DNA of 60,805 nucleotides, filler included, from Globobulimina sp. (taxonomy: Eukaryota): the NCBI GenBank assembly GCA_003354225.1. It is 8 parts of 8 records of this genome, joined end to end, with 100 filler letters (N's around TTAATTAATTAA, not from the genome) between each part and the next. Parts side by side here need not be neighbours in the genome. Positions count along the whole stretch, not along the records: positions 53,316 to 60,805 come from PIVH01000151.1; 7 more parts are not named here. One strand, 5' to 3'. The notes under the pieces were generated by a model that made no database searches, was not told the DNA's origin, and saw only the letters and a list, made by a program, of their open reading frames with translations. Both the position numbers and the translations under genes were made by a program. This document shows positions 56,937 to 60,805 of this stretch, piece after piece. Within the stretch, counting starts at the first letter, position 1. Each line of letters opens with the position of its first letter.

Positions 56937-57932
56937 ATGTTGAATCAAGAAAAAATAGAATTACTTAAAAAATCCTATTACAACGATAAATATGGCTTTA
57001 CTACCCCAGAGAAGCTCTGGTTCATAGTCAGAAAATTAAACGAAAATATCAGTTTGTCGGATGTGAAAAAATACCTAAGCACAATACCTGCATATGCCCG
57101 ACACAAACTCATCCCTCGGCCGCGAACCTCTATTTGGAATAGATGGATTCGGTGCTCCTTTCCTGGCGAACTGGTAGCTATAGATATATGGTTTCTTGGT
57201 ACTGGAACTAAATCGCAGTTTGCTCATGCACTAGTTGCTGTGGATTGCTTGAGTAAATTTGCTGCAGTTGCAGCTGTTCAGAAAATTACTGCAAAAAATA
57301 CTGCAAATGCCATGACTAAAATTATCGACAATTTTAAATTTAAAATCCACAAAACTTTCTCAGATAGAGGCTCAGAATTTATAGGACAAGCGTTTCGTTC
57401 CGCGATGCAAAGTAGAGGTATTGAAATGGTTTTCACGAGTGGATCGAATCCATCAAAAACAGGCTTGGCGGAATCGCTCATTCGTACCCTACGTCTGATA
57501 CAGGGGCGGGTTATTACATCAGGACAATACAAGACAGGCTGGGACGCTGTAAAAAAAGCTTTGGAAATATATAACAATTCTCCACACAGCAATCTTGATA
57601 ACAGAACTCCCAACAGTGTAACCATGGATAATGCTGGCCAGATTTTAAAAAAAGTGATCGAAAAACGGAGAGATTTTATGGGAAAAAATTCAAAAATGTT
57701 GTTAGATAAGCCAAAATTTCAAAAAGGTGACGCTGTTCGAAAACTCATTATAGAAAAATCTGGAGCATTTGACAAAATTAATTTACCGCGCTGGTCCGAC
57801 GAAATCTATCGAGTATATAAGGTCATAAATGAGATACCTAGGCCTAAATATTACCTTGCCAATCCTTTGAACGGAGCTGTCCTACCTGGTACGTATACCG
57901 AAAAAGCTCTGCAACTACGACATAATGTCTGA
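56937..57932 (+). CDS. Polinton-type retroviral-like DDE integrase
   Basis: VAIDIW, VDCLSKF, SDRGSEF, AESLIRTL, YNNSPHS, KFQKGDAVR and RWSDEIY; no chromodomain tail. Confidence 0.93.
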   Translation: MLNQEKIELLKKSYYNDKYGFTTPEKLWFIVRKLNENISLSDVKKYLSTIPAYARHKLIPRPRTSIWNRWIRCSFPGELVAIDIWFLGTGTKSQFAHALVAVDCLSKFAAVAAVQKITAKNTANAMTKIIDNFKFKIHKTFSDRGSEFIGQAFRSAMQSRGIEMVFTSGSNPSKTGLAESLIRTLRLIQGRVITSGQYKTGWDAVKKALEIYNNSPHSNLDNRTPNSVTMDNAGQILKKVIEKRRDFMGKNSKMLLDKPKFQKGDAVRKLIIEKSGAFDKINLPRWSDEIYRVYKVINEIPRPKYYLANPLNGAVLPGTYTEKALQLRHNV

Positions 57933-58812
57933 CATTATCAGCTTGTATATATCTGCAGCGAAGCTACCAGTGAGTGATGAAAAAAATCCTAAAAAAACCC
58001 AGTGGCTATATAGAGTACCTCAAAGTATATTGAATCGACTAAGCCAATACCCGAAATGGAATATAACTTGTGACTATGTTTCCTTGGCCTCAAATATATC
58101 TACAGTTGAAGAATGTACAATAGCCTTCTATAATGATCAGACTAAAACCAAATACATTTACGAATTTCCGTCCAGTGTCGACACCGATGTTGATGAAATA
58201 CAAAACAAAATCCAAACTGCTTGCGACTATCCACAAGTTTCTACATTAGCTGGCATTGTGTCACCAAGAGCACGAATTTGGCTATTTCAATTCAATGCCA
58301 ATGCTAACAAATTCGAATTTGGAAAAGCAACTGGAACGAATGCGAGAGTGCCAGTCCAAACTCTCCATAATAGACTTTATGTATTTTTTAGTAGCAAGCT
58401 GGCTTCGAAAATTGGCTTTTCTGAAGCCCAATCTACTGTGCAATATTCAGATATTCAGGAAAACAATATAGTTGCTGATGATTTTCCAGATTTTTTGAAA
58501 GATTTACAACGACTGTATTTAACCATAGATTGTTTGAAGTCTTCATATCTGAATACATCTCTTCACAATATTTTATGCGATTTTAATTATCCATTTTTCT
58601 TCAATAGCACAACTGTACGTGGAGACTATGGTTTTACAGATTGTGTGGAAATCGATCGATCAAAATATAATCACTGGGTTCCTATGAATGGAACGCTGCT
58701 ACCGATTTGGACTATTCAATTAATGAATGAAAATGGGCAAACTTTGACAGTATCTGACCGCCATACACTACACATGCGCCTTAGAATTCGTCCAGCCGGT
58801 ATCGAAGAATGA
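57925..58812 (+). CDS. Minor capsid (penton-like single jelly-roll) protein
   Basis: Position between integrase and MCP. C-terminal LYLTIDCL..WVPM..IQLMNENGQ..MRLRIRP pattern is typical of Polinton mCP. Confidence 0.75.
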   Translation: MSDIISLYISAAKLPVSDEKNPKKTQWLYRVPQSILNRLSQYPKWNITCDYVSLASNISTVEECTIAFYNDQTKTKYIYEFPSSVDTDVDEIQNKIQTACDYPQVSTLAGIVSPRARIWLFQFNANANKFEFGKATGTNARVPVQTLHNRLYVFFSSKLASKIGFSEAQSTVQYSDIQENNIVADDFPDFLKDLQRLYLTIDCLKSSYLNTSLHNILCDFNYPFFFNSTTVRGDYGFTDCVEIDRSKYNHWVPMNGTLLPIWTIQLMNENGQTLTVSDRHTLHMRLRIRPAGIEE

Positions 58813-58896
58813 AAAAAAGTATATAAAGAAAAAAGTGATCATTGTTTATATTGTATTACTAATGGAAGGTTGTATAATAAGAAAAATTATTTTCTC

Positions 58897-59208
58897 ATGG
58901 CAGGAATGTTAGGAAGTGTGTCGGAGCCTAATCGCCCTGATGTGATACAAAATATTTTGGGTCCAGCTTCTAAAGCCGAAACTGATGCTATTGACTTGGA
59001 GAAGGAAACTTTTATTTCAGAACAATTACAAGCAGAGCCGCCCAAACCGAATAAACGTACATGCTCTAAAAAGCGTACAAGAAAAACAAAAATGAAAACA
59101 AGAAGGAAAAGAAGTGTAGCTAAAAAAAAGACACGTCCTAGACGTAAAAAAGTTGTAAAACGCAAGCGTGTTGTTCGTAGACGCATAATTAAAAAAAGGA
59201 CTAGATAA
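58897..59208 (+). CDS. Small Arg/Lys-rich putative virion core (DNA-condensing) protein
   Basis: C-terminal half is almost entirely K/R. Its stop overlaps the MCP start (TAATG at 59206-59210). Confidence 0.65.
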   Translation: MAGMLGSVSEPNRPDVIQNILGPASKAETDAIDLEKETFISEQLQAEPPKPNKRTCSKKRTRKTKMKTRRKRSVAKKKTRPRRKKVVKRKRVVRRRIIKKRTR

Positions 59209-60557
59209 TGGCAGCTCAAGAATTTACTAATGCGGAAATTCAAATGTTCCGCGATTTGCCGATTAATAATGCGTTTCTAGATGAGAAAATGGATACCATT
59301 TTGCCCACTCACCACGATCTGAACACAGGATTGATAGAATTTCATTTACCTATAACGGATTATTTTATATTGAATAAAATTGGCTTAAAAACTACGATTG
59401 GTGTGAGGAAAGTTGATGCAGCTACTGGGGTGGAAAGTCGAATCAAACCCGATGGTACTGACAATGTAGCCCCATTACCTCTAATAGGACTTATGGCATT
59501 CAAGCAATGTGAACTTTCCATCAATGGGACTACAGTAGAAGGAGTTGGATCGAACTTTCCTTACAAAGCTTGGATTAAAACTATAGGCGGTCATGAACAA
59601 AATATCTTGGAAAACAATAAAAGCTTGAATTTCTTCTACCCAGATATACCCGATGAAATAATTGCTAGTAATCGTGGCCAAACACAGGCCTGGAAAAAAC
59701 GGAATTCTAAGACTATTGGTTCTGATCCAGTGCTATTCTCCTTGCTGCCTTTTGACATTCTGTCAGCTAATAAGCTTTTCCCACCCAGAATAGAAATAGT
59801 AATCCGTTTATATCACTCAAGAAACGAATATAGATTGCAAACTAAGCATACGGATACTACATTTCCATATATATTAAATGTATACAGCGCGGAACTGAAA
59901 ATTTGGCGATATATGCTAAATCCGGACAAATTACGGGATTTCTATCGATGTTACTCCATCGAACACCCTCTTACCTATACATACCCATCATTCGATGTAC
60001 TGGGTCCATATCCACTGCATCAACAATCAGCTATCTTTTCTCAGCGTATTAGATTTGATCGTCGACCCATTTCACTTTATGTATGGTTTGTAAACGCAGC
60101 AGCATCTGCCGGGTCATTTATCACCAACCCGCTGTTTTTCCAAAATTTAGAAACTATTTATTGCCAATGTGAATTTGGAGGTCAGCGCGAACCGATCGAA
60201 GGTTACAAAACGCGCTTTAATCCTCTTAAAAATGAAGGCAGATTGGACGTAACAGATTGCTATAATGCATTAAGAAGAAGCTTGGGAGCATACCAAAACA
60301 ACAAATCCACTTTTCTCGACCTTGAACATTTTGTTAATGGATATACATTATTTACATTCAAATTCAGTCCTATAGACTATTCTACCGAATATCGACCAAA
60401 CGAAATAGACACTAAATCGGATTTGTCTGTAACTTTCAATTTTGCCAAACCTATAGACACTCAAATGAACATGTTTTGTATGGTGAATGAATATAAAAGC
60501 TTGATAATTAGACCAAATAGCACTGCTTCTGTTGTAGTACCTGGTGATACACTATAA
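59208..60557 (+). CDS. Polinton major capsid protein (double jelly-roll)
   Basis: 449 aa; IEFHL, FKQCELSING, NFPYKAWI, KLFPPRIEI, NPLFFQ, GYTLFTF and FNFAKP. Confidence 0.88.
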   Translation: MAAQEFTNAEIQMFRDLPINNAFLDEKMDTILPTHHDLNTGLIEFHLPITDYFILNKIGLKTTIGVRKVDAATGVESRIKPDGTDNVAPLPLIGLMAFKQCELSINGTTVEGVGSNFPYKAWIKTIGGHEQNILENNKSLNFFYPDIPDEIIASNRGQTQAWKKRNSKTIGSDPVLFSLLPFDILSANKLFPPRIEIVIRLYHSRNEYRLQTKHTDTTFPYILNVYSAELKIWRYMLNPDKLRDFYRCYSIEHPLTYTYPSFDVLGPYPLHQQSAIFSQRIRFDRRPISLYVWFVNAAASAGSFITNPLFFQNLETIYCQCEFGGQREPIEGYKTRFNPLKNEGRLDVTDCYNALRRSLGAYQNNKSTFLDLEHFVNGYTLFTFKFSPIDYSTEYRPNEIDTKSDLSVTFNFAKPIDTQMNMFCMVNEYKSLIIRPNSTASVVVPGDTL

Positions 60558-60559
60558 TT

Positions 60560-60805
60560 ATGTTACGTTATTATCAACTCGTAGATTTGTGTTCCAGAAT
60601 AGATTCTGATATAAAACCCAATTTTCGTGGTGTATTTTCGTTGGATAATGTTCCAGATTCCTTATCTATGATTGACCCAAATAAACCCAATTTTCTAATT
60701 TTCAATACAGACCCAAGCACTAAACCTGGTAGTCATTGGGTTGGGGCATTCATTGATTTGCAATCTGATACTGTATTCATAGATTCGTATGATCAATCAC
60801 CTCAC
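60560..60805 (+). CDS. Adenain-like (adenovirus-type) cysteine protease, 5' part only (absent from ORF track)
   Basis: Manual translation MLRYYQ..FRGVFSLD..FNTDPSTKPGSHWVG..FIDSY, containing the catalytic His and Asp. Confidence 0.88.
   Translation, partial: MLRYYQLVDLCSRIDSDIKPNFRGVFSLDNVPDSLSMIDPNKPNFLIFNTDPSTKPGSHWVGAFIDLQSDTVFIDSYDQSPH

Larger units (their letters stand above)
53316..60805. mobile_element. Polinton/Maverick (adintovirus-like) element, partial; pPolB and packaging ATPase not in contig
   Basis: Co-linear retroviral-type integrase, minor capsid, basic protein, double-jelly-roll MCP and adenain protease, with tightly abutting ORFs. Confidence 0.92.

Noticed and set aside
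45725-60805. LINE and Polinton as one composite element
   Set aside because: They are separated by an artificial spacer; adjacency reflects only length sorting.

Overview
The window is not one locus. It is eight contigs of about 7.5 kb in descending length order (1-7527, 7628-15150, 15251-22773, 22874-30394, 30495-38011, 38112-45624, 45725-53215, 53316-60805), joined by artificial 100-bp spacers (N44-TTAATTAATTAA-N44). All eight look eukaryotic. Contigs 2, 3, 4 and 6 are gene-dense, AT-rich protist-like DNA with short GT-AG introns; a foraminiferan/rhizarian origin is my inference only. They carry S1P lyase, a CaMK-like kinase, a truncated actin, GH27, TLDc, a giant SAM + Cys-repeat protein, Kelch-SAM, a double cathepsin Z, GH38, a kinesin-7-like motor, a VDAC-like porin, an MFS transporter and a 107-bp MITE. 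Contig 1 may hold a spliced DDE transposase plus a second unknown gene. Contigs 5 and 7 are two related non-LTR retrotransposons (APE+RT). Their giant ORF1s carry a NADAR/YbiA-like domain and an SGNH-like domain. Both ORF1s end in the same G_GAA_AAC-stop heptamer, with ORF2 open in the -1 frame, which suggests programmed -1 frameshifting; this is the best candidate novel system. Contig 8 is part of a Polinton/Maverick (adintovirus-like) element with integrase, minor capsid, basic core protein, major capsid and adenain protease. It also has a host-manipulation cassette: a Bcl-2 homolog ending in a CaaX box and two divergent BC/SOCS-box paralogs. All domain calls are by-eye motif recognition, not database searches.
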